A DNA stretch of 64,000 nucleotides from Isurus oxyrinchus (GCA_026770705.1 JANJGN010000056.1:1984001-2048000), one strand, 5' to 3'; shown: positions 1-13,984, counted from the first letter of the stretch. Numbers and translations: made by a program. Notes: generated from the letters alone by a model not told the origin.

Positions 1-1679
1 AAATTATTCAAATCATAATTACAGCTGAAAATGCATTGACATACTCAAGAGAACACACACGTCTACCTTGAAGCTACTCATATTAGCAAAGTGCTTTAGA
101 TGATGCTTATACTCTCTGGATAAAATTGTATACCTACTGTTTTATAATATAAGCTCAAATTGTACTCCTTTTCACCATATTATGTAGTCAAAGATGAACG
201 TGATGTGTAATAATATTAATCAAACATTCTAAAGAGTGCCGAATATTATTGCAGAGCTGGAAAGAGTGAATTGAGGCTCCAGGCTCTGACCGTATAATTG
301 GAACAGTTGTTCATTTCTGTCAGACGCCACATCAAACATCACCAGCTGTTTCACCCATGACATGAAAACATTTAACAAGAAAAGGAAACGTCACATGTTT
401 CCTGCAATATCTCTTCAAATCCAAAGAGTAATTAGGGTGTATTTGTAGAACAATTTTTATGACATCTGGCACCCTCCAAATCTCGGAGAGTTACACAAGG
501 AGCTGCTTCTCAGTTTTCCTTATAGCTCACATGATTAAAAAAATGAAAGCCTGATCAACATTTATTTTGTGAAAGGATGCGCCTTGGCAGGGGTGATCAC
601 AAGGTGAAATGAATCATTGACCCCCCGCCCACAACACCCCCCACCCCCACCCGCCATGATCCATAGGGCAGAGAGATTGTTCGATGCATTGGATTAAAAA
701 CGTTCAGATCCGATTTTCTTGCGAATCATTTGAAAGTGCGTAAAGCTGATGTATTTCTTTCATGATCACAGGGTGCCCCTCCTCCCCAAATGCTCATTCA
801 CAAAACTCTCTGCTTCCTTTTCTCTGGCTATTTCACAAACGCTCAGCAAATGATTGTTATCATAATTCTCATTTTATCCTTTTAAAATTATTAATTTGAA
901 ACCTAATCTCAATCTACCGAGTGATGCTTCAGCCAGACATCTGCACGATTTCCCAGCTATCAGTCTTCCACTTGCATGTTTTCCGAGCATCAACTTTCAC
1001 CTTTCTATTGCTGTGCATATTGAATATGAACAAATACTATGTACTTCTTCTCATTTAAATATTCATAGCAATTCTTCTCATTTACTTTACTTAAAAGCAG
1101 CTCGAAGAATGTAATCTGATGCTGGTTACAGCACAAAGCAGACCATTGGACAGCCGTGTCCCCTTTCTCCCCCTCAAGGAACAAGCAATCTGGCAAAAAA
1201 AACCCTTCTGCTTTCTATGATGATCAGATCATTCGACTTTTCCAGAAAATAATCCAACATCGTCTTGACCATTGCTAGTTGAGTTTTCGAATCATCCCGC
1301 CAAATAGTTTACCAGAAGAGCTGCCAATTAACATGGCGAATGACATTTGGGGTGAAATGGAAATCTATGCCTGTCACCCTGGCAAACATTCGCCTTGTTA
1401 AAATGTGCACTCCTTCATGTCATGAGGGGCATTTCTGTCAAGGACAAAAACAGTTATTTTATCCCTAATTGTTTTTAGCACAAGGTGATCATGTGCAGAC
1501 TTTACGAACAGCTACAGTGTATGTGCAATCTTCGTACAGGCTGCATAGGGCCTGGAAATATGAATAGCTACGGTACGCACATCGAGCAATATTTTCAAAA
1601 TATTTGCTCTGATATTTCGACATCTGCACTTTCTAAATCTCCAAATTGAATGCTCAGCTCTCCGTCCTTTTAGTTCCTA

Positions 1680-2640
1680 AGGGATCTTGCGTTCGTCAGG
1701 GCAGTGTGCTAGGTCCAGCCATCTTCAGCTGCTTCAACAATTACCTTCCTCCAATCATAAGGTCAGAACTGGGGCTGTTCGCTGAAGATTGCACAAGGTG
1801 CAACGCCATTCTTGGCTCGTGAGGTAATGAAGCAGTCCGTGATCAAATTGAGAATGAACTGGACAATGCACGCCCTGTAGCTCACAAGTGGAAAACAACT
1901 TTCACGAGCCAGGCAATGACCATCATAAAAAGATACAATCTATCTATTGCCCCTTGGAATTCAATGTCGTTACCACGGATGAATTGCACACTATCAACTT
2001 TATTACGATTCTCACTGGCAAGCATTGGACCTTGAATAATCATATAAAAACTATGCATACCCATGCAGGCCAGAGGTTAATAATGCAGCGCGAAACTTCT
2101 TTCTTGGCTCCCCAAACCCGTCCTAACTGGACAAGGCACAAGATCGCTCTCCACTTACTTGGAAGTTTGCAGCTCCAGCAACACGAACGAAGCACAGCGC
2201 CATCCAGGACAAAGCAGCCTCCTTAATTAGCACCACTTTCACAAATATTCACTCCCTCCACCACCGACGCAATTGTAGCAGCAGTGCCTGCCACCTAAAA
2301 ACTTGCACTGCAAAAAATCACCAAAGCTCCTTAGAGAGATCCTTCCAAGTCCAACACCGCTTACATCCCGTAGTGGAGGAACAGCAGGTGCACGGGAAAA
2401 CCTGCAAATTTAAGTTTAGCTTCAAGACACCCACCATTCTGATGGGAAGTATATCGCTGTCCCTTCACTGTCTCTGTGTCAAAACCATAAAACACCCTTC
2501 TAATCATTGCTGTGGCTGTAAGGACAGCACAGATACTCCAGCAGTTCAAAAGGAAACTCACCACCAGCTTCGCAAGGGAACAAATCAATAAATGCAAGCC
2601 TAACAAATCCCGCCCAAATCTCGTAAAAGAATAATAATGA
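1680..2640 (+). mobile_element. 5'-truncated CR1/L2-clade non-LTR retrotransposon (RT C-terminal half plus 3' end), decayed
   Basis: Translation from ~1697 reads QGSVLGPAIFSCFNNYLPPIIRSELGLFAEDCT, matching the LINE RT motifs PQGSVLGP...FADD. The 3' end (caccagcttcgcaagggaa...caataaatgc) recurs in other copies in this window. Confidence 0.8.
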
Positions 2641-2719
2641 TAAAAATCGTCTCTGTCACTGCAGATCTACCGCGCTTTCTAACAGGGTGTGCGGAGGGAA
2701 ACAAAATGTAGCGTTTTCA

Positions 2720-3300
2720 GTCCGTGTGATTATACTTCACACTCCATTTATTAGCTCTCCAAGCCATTCCGCTGCCTAACTCCCGTCTCAGTCTGAACCA
2801 GGCTATTAACAGACGTGTTACCATGCAATTGACGCCATCACTTAGACAGGCCGTTTCTATCTCTCAATTTTAATCCTGCCTCACTTAATCTACTGCCGGC
2901 GTCACATCTAAAACTTCGTTCCCTCTAGACTTCAGAATTCCAACGCAGCAATTCTAACCTCCCACACTCTAACTTGCATAAATTTGATGTCATTTAAATC
3001 TCTGCTGCAGCGCCCTAGCTTACTGCAAACCTCATTTCTCTATCAATCCTATGTTCTCAGGCCAGCAGGGGATAGCGGGCAAGCATCATGTTGCCTTCAA
3101 TGTATTAATCTTTATTTTTAAATCCCATCAATCACTTACCTGTCCCAACTGTTGTCATCTCTTCCAGCCCCCAAAGTACTTCGCAACATCTGGGTTCCTC
3201 TCATTCCAGCATCTTGTATGTCCCTGATTTCAGTCGAACTACATTGATGGCCAGGGCTGCAGCAGCCTGGCCCGTAAGCTCTGGAAATAGCAGTTTCCAG
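2720..3300 (+). mobile_element. Highly decayed L2-like LINE 3' fragment
   Basis: Resembles L2 ORF2 C-terminal sequence and the segment at 7850-8185. Recognised by eye only; no intact ORF. Confidence 0.4.
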
Positions 3301-4516
3301 CGCCATCGTATTTTTTTATAATAAAAACTTGGTGTTTTCCTTTGGCCTTTATTATTTTCTAAATCTCCACTAGAATCGAACGTTGTCTTTTGCTCCAAAA
3401 TATGTCGGTGGAGCCCAGGAACTTCGCCATGACTCAGTGGAGATAATGTGCTGCTACATCAAAACCCGCTGCTCCCCGAACCAGGACACAGTGAAACGGT
3501 TGATGCAACCTCCATGTTGTTTAATTTAGGTTAGTAGAATACAAGCAACAGGGTTGTAAACTAAATAAATAAATAACTGCGCATTGAAAAAATTGCCTTT
3601 AACCAGAGGCAACAGGAAGAAATATGAACCACTCACTACTAACTCTATGACCTAAACCCCATTCCTCCTTAATCTCCTATTTACACAGACACAATACTCA
3701 AAAGTCACAAGAAACATTGGAAGGATGAGATGAAAAAGATTAGTAGCGCCAATTCCAGAAGGCAGGATTCGATTAGTTTATATTGGTTAATGTCTTTCAA
3801 AATCAATTTTGTTCCTGATAATGACATGACATGACCTTCCAGTGTCTTCAGTCTTTAACTCACTAGTTGAACACTAGCCTTTCAGTGCTTTGAAAGGTGC
3901 TTTTCCCATTTTCCTCTTGGAAGGGGATTTCCAGAGAGAGTAAGAGGAGGGTATAGAGATGTTAGGGTGAAAAACAACTGCGTATTATGATAGAATTATC
4001 GGAATATTGTACACACAGAAGAAAAATGTTTTAGGTCTATTTATTTTCTGGCAACAGCTAGTCTGCTGCATGTCGCTCAAACAAGCCCCGATCGCCTGAC
4101 CAGAGATCAAATAATATGATGTGGCAAGGCAGTTCCCAATTAGTTCAGACTCCTCCTCGGTAGCACTCTGTCATACCTGGCACAGACTGCTCCAGGAGAG
4201 CAGAATTGTGTATTTCCCTCACACTGTTCAAGTAAACCTGCCTCTCAAACTGTAGCTATTGCAATTATAATGCACAGACCAGCAGAAATATATATAAAAA
4301 AGGCTCCTTACACAGTGTCCACTTGGATGGTTCCATTGGGAATTCGTCTGGAAAAATCGCATGGTTATAATGACCTTTTGTCACTATTAATATTGTTTTA
4401 TTTCGAGCTGATTTCAGCAGAAGTAAGGGCAGCTCAGGGATCATATCTTTAGCCAGTTCCTGGCTTTCCTGGTTACTATGGCCAAGAGGCATAACCTGCG
4501 GTTTCAATTTCACACT

Positions 4517-7405
4517 TAAGACCATAAAACCATAAGACATAGGAGTAGAAATTAGTCCATTAGGCCCGTCGAGTCTGCTCCGCTTTCAATCATGGCTGAT
4601 ATGTTTGTCAACACCATTTTCCCGCCTTCTCCCCGTAACTTTGATCCAGTTATCATTCAAGAACATAACTTTTTCGTTCTTAAGTAAGCAGTGAGCTGGC
4701 CTCCACAGCCTTCTGTGGCAATGAATTCCATAGATTCACCACTCTCTGGCTAAAGAATTTCCCGCTCATCTCTGTTCTAAAATGTCATCACTATTCTCTG
4801 TTTCTGTGCCCTCGGTTCCTACTCTCTCCTACGATTGGAAACAACCTCCCCACGTCCACACTAACCAGGCCTTTCGGTATTCTGTAACTTTCAATCAGAT
4901 CCCCCCTCATCCTTCTAAACTCCATCGAGTATACACCCAGAGTCCTCAAACTTTCCTCATAAGTTAAGACTTTCATTCCTGGGATCTTTCTCATGAACCT
5001 CCTCTGGACCCTCTCCAGGGCCAGCACATCATTCTTGAGATATGGGGCCCAATATTCTAAATGTGGTTTGCCCAGAGCCTTATAAAGCCTCAGCAGCACA
5101 TCCCTGGTTTTATGTAATATACCTCTAGAAATAATTGCCACTATCGCTTTTGCCTTCCTAACTACCGATTCAACATGCAAGTTAACCTTAAAAGACTCCT
5201 AGACATAAACTCCCAAGCCCCTTGCACTCCAGACTTCTGAATTCTCTCCACATATAGAAAACTGTCTATGCCTCTATTCTTCCTGGCAAATTGCAAGGCC
5301 TCACATTTTCCCACGTTGTATCTCATCTGGCACTTCATTGCCTATTCTCCTAACCTGTCCAAAATCTTCTGCAGCCTCCACGCCCACTCAAAACTACTTG
5401 TCTCCCCACCTATCTTTGTATCATCTACAAACTTAGCCAGGATGCCCTCAGTTCCTTCATCGAGATCATTCATGTGTAAAGTGAAAAGCTGTGGTCCTAA
5501 CACTGACCCTCGTGGAACTCCACGAGTTACTGGCCGCATCCTGAGAAGGACGCACTTATTCCCAAACTCTGCCTCCTGCCAGACAGCTGATCTTCTATCC
5601 ACGGTAGTACCTTGCCTCTAACACCATGGGCTCTTATCTTACTGAGCAGCCACATGTGTGGCACCTTGTCAAAGGCCTTCTGGAAGTACAAGTACATAAC
5701 AACAATTGGCTCTCCTTTGTCTAATCTACTCGTTCTCTACTCAAAGAGTTCCAACAGATGTGTCATGCATGAACTCCCCTTGTTGAAACCATGCTGACTT
5801 TGCCCAATTTTACCAAGCACTTTCAAGTATTCTGAAATCTCATCCTTATTAATGGACTCTAAAATCTTACCGATGACCCGAGGTCAGGCTAATCGGCCTG
5901 CAAGTAACCATCTTTTTCATAAATCCCTTCTTAAACAATGGGTTACATTAGCGATTTTCCAGTAATCTGGGATCCTCCCTGACACCGGTAATTCCTGAAA
6001 GATAAGCAATAACCGCCCCCCACCCCCCACGCTCCCCCCCACCCGCCCCCCCCCCCCCCCCCCACCCCACGTACACACACACACACACACAAACACACAC
6101 ACTATCTCTTCAGCTATCTCCTTCAGAACTCTGGGGTGTAGTCCATCTGGTCCAGGTGACTTAGACCTTTCACCTTTCCTAGCACCTGTTCCTTGGTAAT
6201 GGCCACAATACTCATATCTGCCCCCTGATTCTCTGGAACTTTGGGGATATTACTCATGTCTTCCACCATGAAGATTGGCACAAAGTACCTATTCAATTCC
6301 TCGGCCATTTCTTTGTTCCCCACTATTACTTCTCCAGCATCATTTTCCAGTGGCCACTTTTGCCTCTCTCTTACCTTTTATATATCTAAAAATTACTCTT
6401 GCAATCTTCTTTTACATTACTGGTTAGTTTACCCCCATATTGAAACTTCTCCATCCCTATTTCTTTTCTTGTTGTCCTCTGTTGGTCTTTGTAGACTTCC
6501 CAATCCCCTGCTATCCCACTACTATTCACACCTTTTTCTGCTTTCTCTTTAGCATTTCTGCTGTCACTGACTTCTCTTGTCACCCATGGTTCACTCATCC
6601 TTCCTTTTGTATGCTTCTTATTCCTAGGGATGAATTTTTACTGTGCCTCCCAATTTACTCCCAGAAACTCCTGCCATTGCTGTTCCACTGTCTTTCCTGC
6701 TAGGGTCATTTCCCAGTCAATTCTGGCCAACTCCTCCCTCATGCCTCTGTAGTTGCCTTTATTCATCAGTAATACCGCTACACCTGTTTTCAGCTTTTTC
6801 CTCTCAAATTACAGGGTAGATTCTAAGATAATAAGGTCACTTCCTTCTTAGGGTTCCTTCACCTTAAGTTCTCAGATAAAATTTGTCTCATTACAAATCA
6901 CTAAATCTAGAATTGCCTGTCCCCTAGTGGGCTCCACCACAAGCTGCTCCAAAAAGCCATCTCGTAGACATTCCACGAATTCGTTTTCTTGGGATTCACT
7001 ACCAACCTGATTTTCCCAGTCTACCTGGTTTTGAAATTCCCATGATCACTGTAACCTTTTGTTTCTTACACCCGTTTTCTATATCATAGTGTATCTTGTG
7101 CCCCACATCCGGACTACTTTTTGGAGGCCTGTACATAACTGCCATTATGTTTTTTTTTTAATTTTGCGGTTCCTCAACTCTACCAACACAGATTCGATAT
7201 CATCTGACCCTACGGCATTTCTAGCTATCGATTTCATTTCATTTCTTACAGAAGAAGCATCCCCACCCACTCTGTAAAACTGCTTATCTTTTCGATATGA
7301 TGTATATCCTTGGATATTTAGCTCCCAGTCCTGATCCCCTTGCAGCCATGTCTCCGTGATGCCCACCACATCATACCTGCCAATTTCAATCTGTGCCACA
7401 GTTGC
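4517..7405 (-). mobile_element. CR1 (HER1-type) LINE with nearly complete but disrupted ORF2 (endonuclease plus RT) and 3' tail
   Basis: Minus-strand ORFs give the APE endonuclease (7145-7420, YDVVGITETWLQGDQDWELNIQGY), RT core (5342-5602, GVPRGSVLGPQLF...KFVDDTKIGG) and RT C-terminus (4791-5180, LYKALGKPHLEY...LERVQRRF). The 3' end reads ...ctactcctatgtcttatggttttatggtctta on the minus strand. Confidence 0.95.
6012..6105. repeat. Poly-C tract plus (CA)n microsatellite inserted in the CR1
   Basis: Long C runs followed by cacacacac are directly visible. Confidence 0.9.
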
Positions 7406-7849
7406 TTCAGGCCATAGCACTTGTCCCCGTGGACTTCAAGTTCCCCCTACAAAACATTTTTCCGTTGCTACATCAACGAACTTCCCTCCATCTTAGGTGG
7501 GGTCATTTACAGATGTTGACCCAGCGTTCAGGAACATTTACACCATATATAACATATTTGTGCAGTCAGTGCTAAATTTGTTGATGACTCCGAGGCAGGT
7601 AGGAAAGTAAATTGTTAAGATGACATAAGCAGCCGATAAAAGTAGCGACACAGGTTACGTTAATGGGATAGAACTGGAAAATTGAATCTAATGTGGATAA
7701 TGTGAAATTGTCCACAGTGGCAGGAAAATAACTTTTTGAAAAAGAAACATGTTATCTAAATGTTGAGAGATTGCTGAACTCTCAGATGTGACATGCAGAG
7801 TTGCAGAAGCACCTGCGTGTCCCAATGCAGATACCTGGCTAAAGTCTGG

Positions 7850-8185
7850 TTTTTCATCCTCCAGAAACTGATGATCATTAAAGAAAATTGTTTTCCATAT
7901 CTGAATTTTCATCAAATACCGATCGCCTATCATCCCCATCCTCGTTGACCAGCATGGATTCTTGGTCTGGGATTTAAAATTCACCTCCCTTTTGCCAAAT
8001 CACAGTACAGCCTTTCCTGTCCCTATCTCTGGAAGACCGTCCGGCACAATAACGCTCTGAGGCATCTCCACACCTCTAATCGTCGGACAAACCAGGCTTC
8101 AATCTCTCCACCAATGGTGGTCGTGCATTTAGGTGCCTGGGATATTGGCTCTGTAACTACCTCCCTAAAACCCTCAGCCTCCAAC
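7850..8185 (+). mobile_element. Decayed L2-like LINE 3' fragment
   Basis: Contains ctccaccaatggtggtcgtgcatttagg...ctctgtaactacctccctaaa, similar to the L2 ORF2 terminal GGRAFS...LWNSLP segment. Confidence 0.5.
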
Positions 8186-8599
8186 GTGTTTTCTCCATTC
8201 ACCCACTTCCATCCTGTTCCCTCCTTTAATTTCCCCCCTTCCGCTCCCAGGCTTCTCATCTCTCAACATTTGTCTTTCTGCAGTCCTGTCCCTGCTTTAG
8301 TTCACATCAGTGAAATGTATTTGCTGTATTTCCGACAGCAGGGACTACATTTTAAAAGGATGGCATTGTTTTTAGTGTTCTTGGCTCTTGACTTTGAGAC
8401 ACACATTATATTTCCTTGCGTAGAAAAACATAAAGGATAAACCGAAACACTGAATTAGGCCAGACAACACACTGTGCATGTGATTTAAATGTTCATTGGA
8501 GCCTTTCTGCTGCCCTGCACCACCTAACGAGACCAGAACCTTTCCATGACTGCTGACGTTTCTTCCAGCCTTATGACAACCATTGCACATCAACAAAAG

Positions 8600-9015
8600 C
8601 TCTACAATCCCCGTAATTCCCGTTCCCCACCCACTGAAACTCCTTCCAGCCAATTGATCGCCCTTTCCCATGCACAGAAACTCTCTGCAGCCATCTCATC
8701 TACTTTCCCCACTCAGTTAATCTCGTCCTAACATTCTAATCACCGTTCCCCATCCACAGAAACACTTCCCATTCATGTGATCGCACTCCCCTACCCACTG
8801 AAACTCTTCCCAAAATATCTGACCCACCCGCTGGAATTATTTTCAGCCCTCGATCTCCCTTCACCGCCGACTGAAACTCTTAGCAGTCCTCTTATCGTCC
8901 TCTTCCCAAACCCCAAACCTGTTGAAACTCTTTGCATCCTTTTGACCCCCCTTAGGCACCCAGTTAAACTGTTCCCAGAACTCTGGTATCGCTTCCCCAC
9001 CCACTGAAATGACTC
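8600..9015. repeat. Degenerate ~41-bp minisatellite, core ccccacccactgaaactcttcc
   Basis: The core recurs near 8630, 8672, 8712, 8754, 8795, 8870, 8925, 8962 and 9000. Confidence 0.8.
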
Positions 9016-9196
9016 CACAACAAAAGAATCACTTTTCCATTCTTCTGACTCACTCACCACACTCTGACCAAATTCAACATCCTGGAAACTATTTCATTTA
9101 TGGCTAACGTGTTTCCACACTGTAATGGATTTCATGTTTCCTGACACGCTAATAAATTCTGCTTTGAAACAAAGCAAGTTCAATTGTCTGCCCTGT

Positions 9197-9269
9197 GGCA
9201 ACATGGATCAGTTGGTAGAGCCTCGGGTTTGAAAACTGAGGGCCAAGATTTCCTAAACCTGTCTGAATG
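9197..9269 (+). pseudogene. Decayed tRNA-Lys(TTT)-like pseudogene
   Basis: The 73 nt align without gaps to the canonical vertebrate tRNA-Lys(UUU) sequence as I recall it, at about 45/73 identity by hand. The D-arm tcagttggtagagc and ctgaggg are retained; the acceptor stem, anticodon and T-loop are degraded. Confidence 0.55.
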
Positions 9270-9952
9270 CTGCTTCCGGCAAAACTCCGTAAAATCCCAT
9301 GAAAACAGGCAAAGTGAGAAATTGCCATTCAATTATGCTGCTCCCTCAGTGGGAGTTAGGGACATTCTCCTTGAACCTGCAAAAATGTCCATTCTATCAA
9401 CATTTCAGCAGCTACAATCGTTTTGGTCTTGAATAACAAGTGAGTGAAAGTGTGCTAGGATTGGTAGGGTGAGAACATGAGGGCACAATCATATCAACTG
9501 TGTTTTTATTAAATGAAGGAGCAGGCAAATGGTCTGAATGGCCTACTATTGCACCAGTTTACTAAGGCTTAGACACTTCCCCGTCCGCTCAAATGCTGAA
9601 CCTCCCTTCGTGCCCCTTCCCCATCCTGGATGCAATTCCCAAATTCCCAGCTCCTTTCACCATCCACTTCAACACCCGGAGAGCCTTATCTGCACCCTAA
9701 TGTTTTTGAGATATCTCGGTCCGTGAACGTTCCGAGTGTTGACACTCTGGGACACCTGTTTTATCCCGGTCCGCTTCTGTGTTTGTTATTCTGACGTTTC
9801 AGAGGTTCCTTACAGTGAACTCCACACCCCATTCCGTATAATTCCTATATCTTCGTCCAGCCTGATTAGTTCCTCAATCATCTTGTCATGAGACACCCCA
9901 ATCTCAAAGTGAAACAAGCCACGGGCAAAAAGATTTGATTAATGTAATACGT

Positions 9953-12900
9953 TTTATTTCAGAGTGCAGCCCATTATCCACTCAGCAGTAATATTGGGTC
10001 AAAGGTCACTGATTTAAACAATGAAACAGAGCTTGTTTCCAATGAACGAAGATATCATTCATTAAGATCTTGGAGCGCTCAAGCTGCCGGAATCTGGCAT
10101 TGGATGTTACCATTTTGGTCTGTAGAAAACTATCTTGTTCCTTTCACGGACAGTGACACGGACGTTGCTTCCATAAATCCAAATCCTATAACTTCCTCTG
10201 TCCACATGGCAGAACACCGGGAAACCTGTAAACCAAAATAAAGAGTGAACGGGCATCTATTTAATTAGAGCCCACACTTCCTCCCTCCCCTGGATCTCTA
10301 CACACATGCGCTTTGCTTGAAAGTCATTCCAAGATTTTTTTCTCAGCGGGTACACGATTGCACTCAAAATCTGAGACCAGATCGTGTAATTTCCTGTCAT
10401 CGAATGGTCAAAAGAGTTGAACGGACCATGAGTATTATTTTCCGAAGTGCTAAGACTGTTTAATGGAAAACACTGCAGCCAACCAGCTTTCAGCAAACTC
10501 CCACGAACAGAGACTGACATTTGAAAGTCTGAGGAATCTCAGGCCATGTTGAAAGAGTGATGCTGTTCCAGGACACCACAGAGAACTGCCAGATATTCAA
10601 ACTATTTACCTGATATATTCTTTTCCGATGAAGAGGTAGACGGAATCTCTGTTTAATATTTAATCCAAACACTGACGCATCCAGCAGTGCAGCACTCTCC
10701 CTGTGCTCCAGTGGGTCTACTGGAGTGTGACATCAACACCCAATTTGTTCACTCAAAAGTCTGACTGAGGCAGAGTGACAACGGATTAGCTAACCACTTG
10801 TCTTACAGACATAATCTGTGCTCTCACGCTCCGATCACTGTGAAGGAAGCGGTTTTACGTAATTTAACGAGCCAGTCTTAAAACTTTTTACCCTCCCTTC
10901 CTGCCGTCATTATGGGAAGCTGACCGATGTCTGGGGATTTGTTTCACATTCATCATGTGTCTCTCCGAATTCCTCATTCATCACCTAGGAGGCGGGACAG
11001 TGAGAGTGTGTCAAAGGGGCTGAGTGGGCATCTGTTCCTTTCTGCACACATAGTCCGCACTCTCACAATTCAGAGCCAGTAGCAGTGAACGGAACCGGCT
11101 ACTCAGGGCTACCACCATGTGGTGTGTGTGTGCAAGATCAACTCAAGAGTCTCGCATGCAGGTCATTCAGACGCTTGTGCTCCACCAGCCCTGCGCTGCC
11201 ACTTTCTTGGTGCTCGGTTCTGATCAGCTCGCAACAACCGCCGTTGCCTCTAGCTGCTCAACTAGTGGCTAAACATTCAGTGAATTACCCTGTGGAACTG
11301 TTTAATGTGAATTCTTTCAGCCTCACGAACAGTCATCTTAATTCAGCAGATTAAAACATGATTTTCAATTATGAACATTTAAGAAAAAAACAAATCAAAC
11401 TGTACGAAAACTGGCTGCTGAGTCATTGGAGAAATGTAGAAGTATATACCTCTCTGGCTCAGTGGGGACATCTCTCCAGCAATGGCACTGGGCAGAATGA
11501 ACATTAAAACTGCTATCAGCAAGAAGCCCTAGCCGATCCAATCTTTCCTCAAAGCTTTAATTTTCCAGTCCTAGCAACATCCTTCGAAATATTTTCTCTA
11601 CCCTCTTTAATGCAATTGCATCCTTTCTGTAATACGGCGACCTGTCCAGCGCACAGCATTAAGGTTTACTTCCAAGTAATGTTTTAGATAGTTCCAGCAT
11701 AACCTCCGTACTCTTATATTATGCGTCTCGGTTCAAAAACATAGAAGCATTCCAGATGGCTTCTCAGCCGCCTCACCAACTTTTCCGGCTGCCTTCAGGC
11801 ATAAGTGGGCTATCCCTTCAAGATCCAGAATCCTCAAGACCTCGTGTTATCATTCCATTTATTGCGCAATGATTTCCTTTGTTTGGCCTTATTAAATGCA
11901 TCTCCTCACAGTTCTGCGGGTTGAATTCCACTTGAAACGTTTCTGTCCACCTGACCAGTCCGTGAATACGTGGCTGCAATCTACAGAATTCAATCTCGCT
12001 ATCAATCGCTCGGTCAATTTTTTGAGGCCTACAACTTCTTTATCTGTCCCGCTACATTTGTAACTAAAACTATTAATAAACGCCATACAAAGCAGAGTCA
12101 CAACTGCTAAGTCCAGATGAAGTTCAATGGGAACAGCCCTCGAGTCACAAAAGCACCCGTCATCAATTATACTTTGTTTTCAATGAATTAGTTTCATATC
12201 CAGCTTTTTATATTGTCCTGGAACACATGGGCTTCCATATATTGTAAACAATCAGCCATGTGGGATTTCGTCAAATAAACTTGTTCCAACAAATTATTAA
12301 TTCAATCAACCATAATCACTAATATCAGGTTCTCCAATCTATTCGTAGAACTTGCAGTAATTATTTTTATACATATTAATATTATAATTACATTCATATT
12401 TCTAAATCTGGCTCATATTGCTTGAAAATACAACTGAACGCTTTCCTAACGCGGGGCATTTAAACATTTCATGACTTTGGTCACATATTTTGCTCCCATT
12501 TTCTCCAATGTTAGTTGGGCTGTAGAACGCACATCGCGTTAGTTAAACGGTCTGTGTTCCTCCCTTCGTCGAGCAGCCTGTTTGACAGATGGAAATACCG
12601 TTTCTGGCAAGAACCGTTTGCTGCCAATTATTTTAATGCTGAAGGAACATTTAGAAACTGACGAAATCGCCTCAGTCACAAAGACAGGCTGTGGAAATTA
12701 AGGTTGGGTCGAGGGGGAGGGGAAGCAGAGAAGATGACCAGAGCGAAACACATTGAACACATGTACTCATCAGGACATGTGCTAATGATGCAGAATTAGG
12801 TTATTTTGTTAACATAGTTTGAAGCCCCGTTCAATTTACTTGTATATCGTCATTTTTTGTCAAACGTTGAACTCTCCATGTAAATGTTCATTCCACCAGC

Positions 12901-13984
12901 ATCAACATATTTGATTAAAAGATTTCTGATTATATTCAACGACCGAGCAACCTGCTGCTTTCTGTGGAGAAAATTCCACTGATTCCCAACGCTTTTCAGT
13001 GATGAAATTTGCTCACATCTTACTGATAAATGGCTGACCCTTGCCGCGATTTTCCAGGGTTTAGATTATCCATTTACGTTCAATAATCAGCGACAGATGC
13101 ATATCGAGGTCAGGATTTGAAGTGGGTGAGGTGCTGAAGTGGGTTGCTGGCAGAGGTTAAAAGCAAAAGGAAGTTTTTTTTTTTACCAACAAAAAGACAA
13201 AAAAATGTCAGATAAAGGAATAGATATATTTTATTTGCATCATTTTCTCCTTTATTGTTATTTTACTGACTACAGGCAATTGGCTTCCAATTTAGTTTCG
13301 CGCGGTTTCATGCAAGCGTCCTCGTTCCTTATTCCTGTTTGGGTGAACCAAAGCCCCTGTGCATATCTATATTCAGGCGTTTCAAAACTTGAACATTCTT
13401 CTGTTTATTGACTTTACTTAAAATATGTAAAAAATCTTACTTTATAATATCAGACAGCATCTGACTCATTGTTTCCCCCATTATTTAAAATGTGCGTATC
13501 TATTTGGAGTCTATTTTTTTCTCCTTATAGTTGACATTTCTTTTCATCTATTGACGCTTTCCAGATGTAAATACATTAGTCTCCAACAGCTGATTGTTAA
13601 TACCGGTTGGGAATGGCAGAGTCTCAAGCAGTAATCCCTCTGGCCTCGCGAGTTCCAGCCTGACAAGTTGAAAATACCCCACCTGTTCCATCTCCCTGCT
13701 GCTTCCCTATTACCATTTCTCCATCAATAATATCCTGACTACTTCAACTCTGCTCTTGCCTGTTAGGATTTCCCGTGTCACTACACAGTCCAGACAGCTT
13801 CATGTCGAGAACGACAGGCTTTGATAGAATGAGGTAAAAAGAATGAAAAAGGTTAAAGGCTGAATCTCACTGCGGACATGTGGTCATAGGAACTTCAATT
13901 GTAGGAGCTGCGAAGGCGACTTGTTCCTTGCAGCTTACTTTCCCATTCACATTCAACATGCCTGATCTTTTAAATTCGCTCCAC
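9953..13984 (-). other. Candidate spliced transcript: micro-exons 13984-13939, 11487-11450, 10648-10610 and a terminal exon from 10225 to AATAAA at 9958-9953
   Basis: The three internal segments are bounded by AG and GT (e.g. ttttttttacag...AAA|gtaagc); the terminal one follows ctctttattttggtttacag and ends at a polyA signal. No homology recognised. Confidence 0.2.
11515..12300 (-). mobile_element. Old CR1 LINE RT fragment
   Basis: Resembles, in the same orientation, the CR1 copy at 4517-7405 (e.g. atccttcgaaatattttctctaccctct, ttgaattccacttgaaac). Confidence 0.6.

Noticed and set aside
3403-4514. Possible solo LTR (TGT...ACA bounded, A-rich and GA-rich)
   Set aside because: There is no second copy, primer-binding site or target-site duplication that I could establish.
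8600-9015. CRISPR-like interpretation of the periodic repeat
   Set aside because: The context is eukaryotic, the units are degenerate with no unique spacers, and there are no cas genes.
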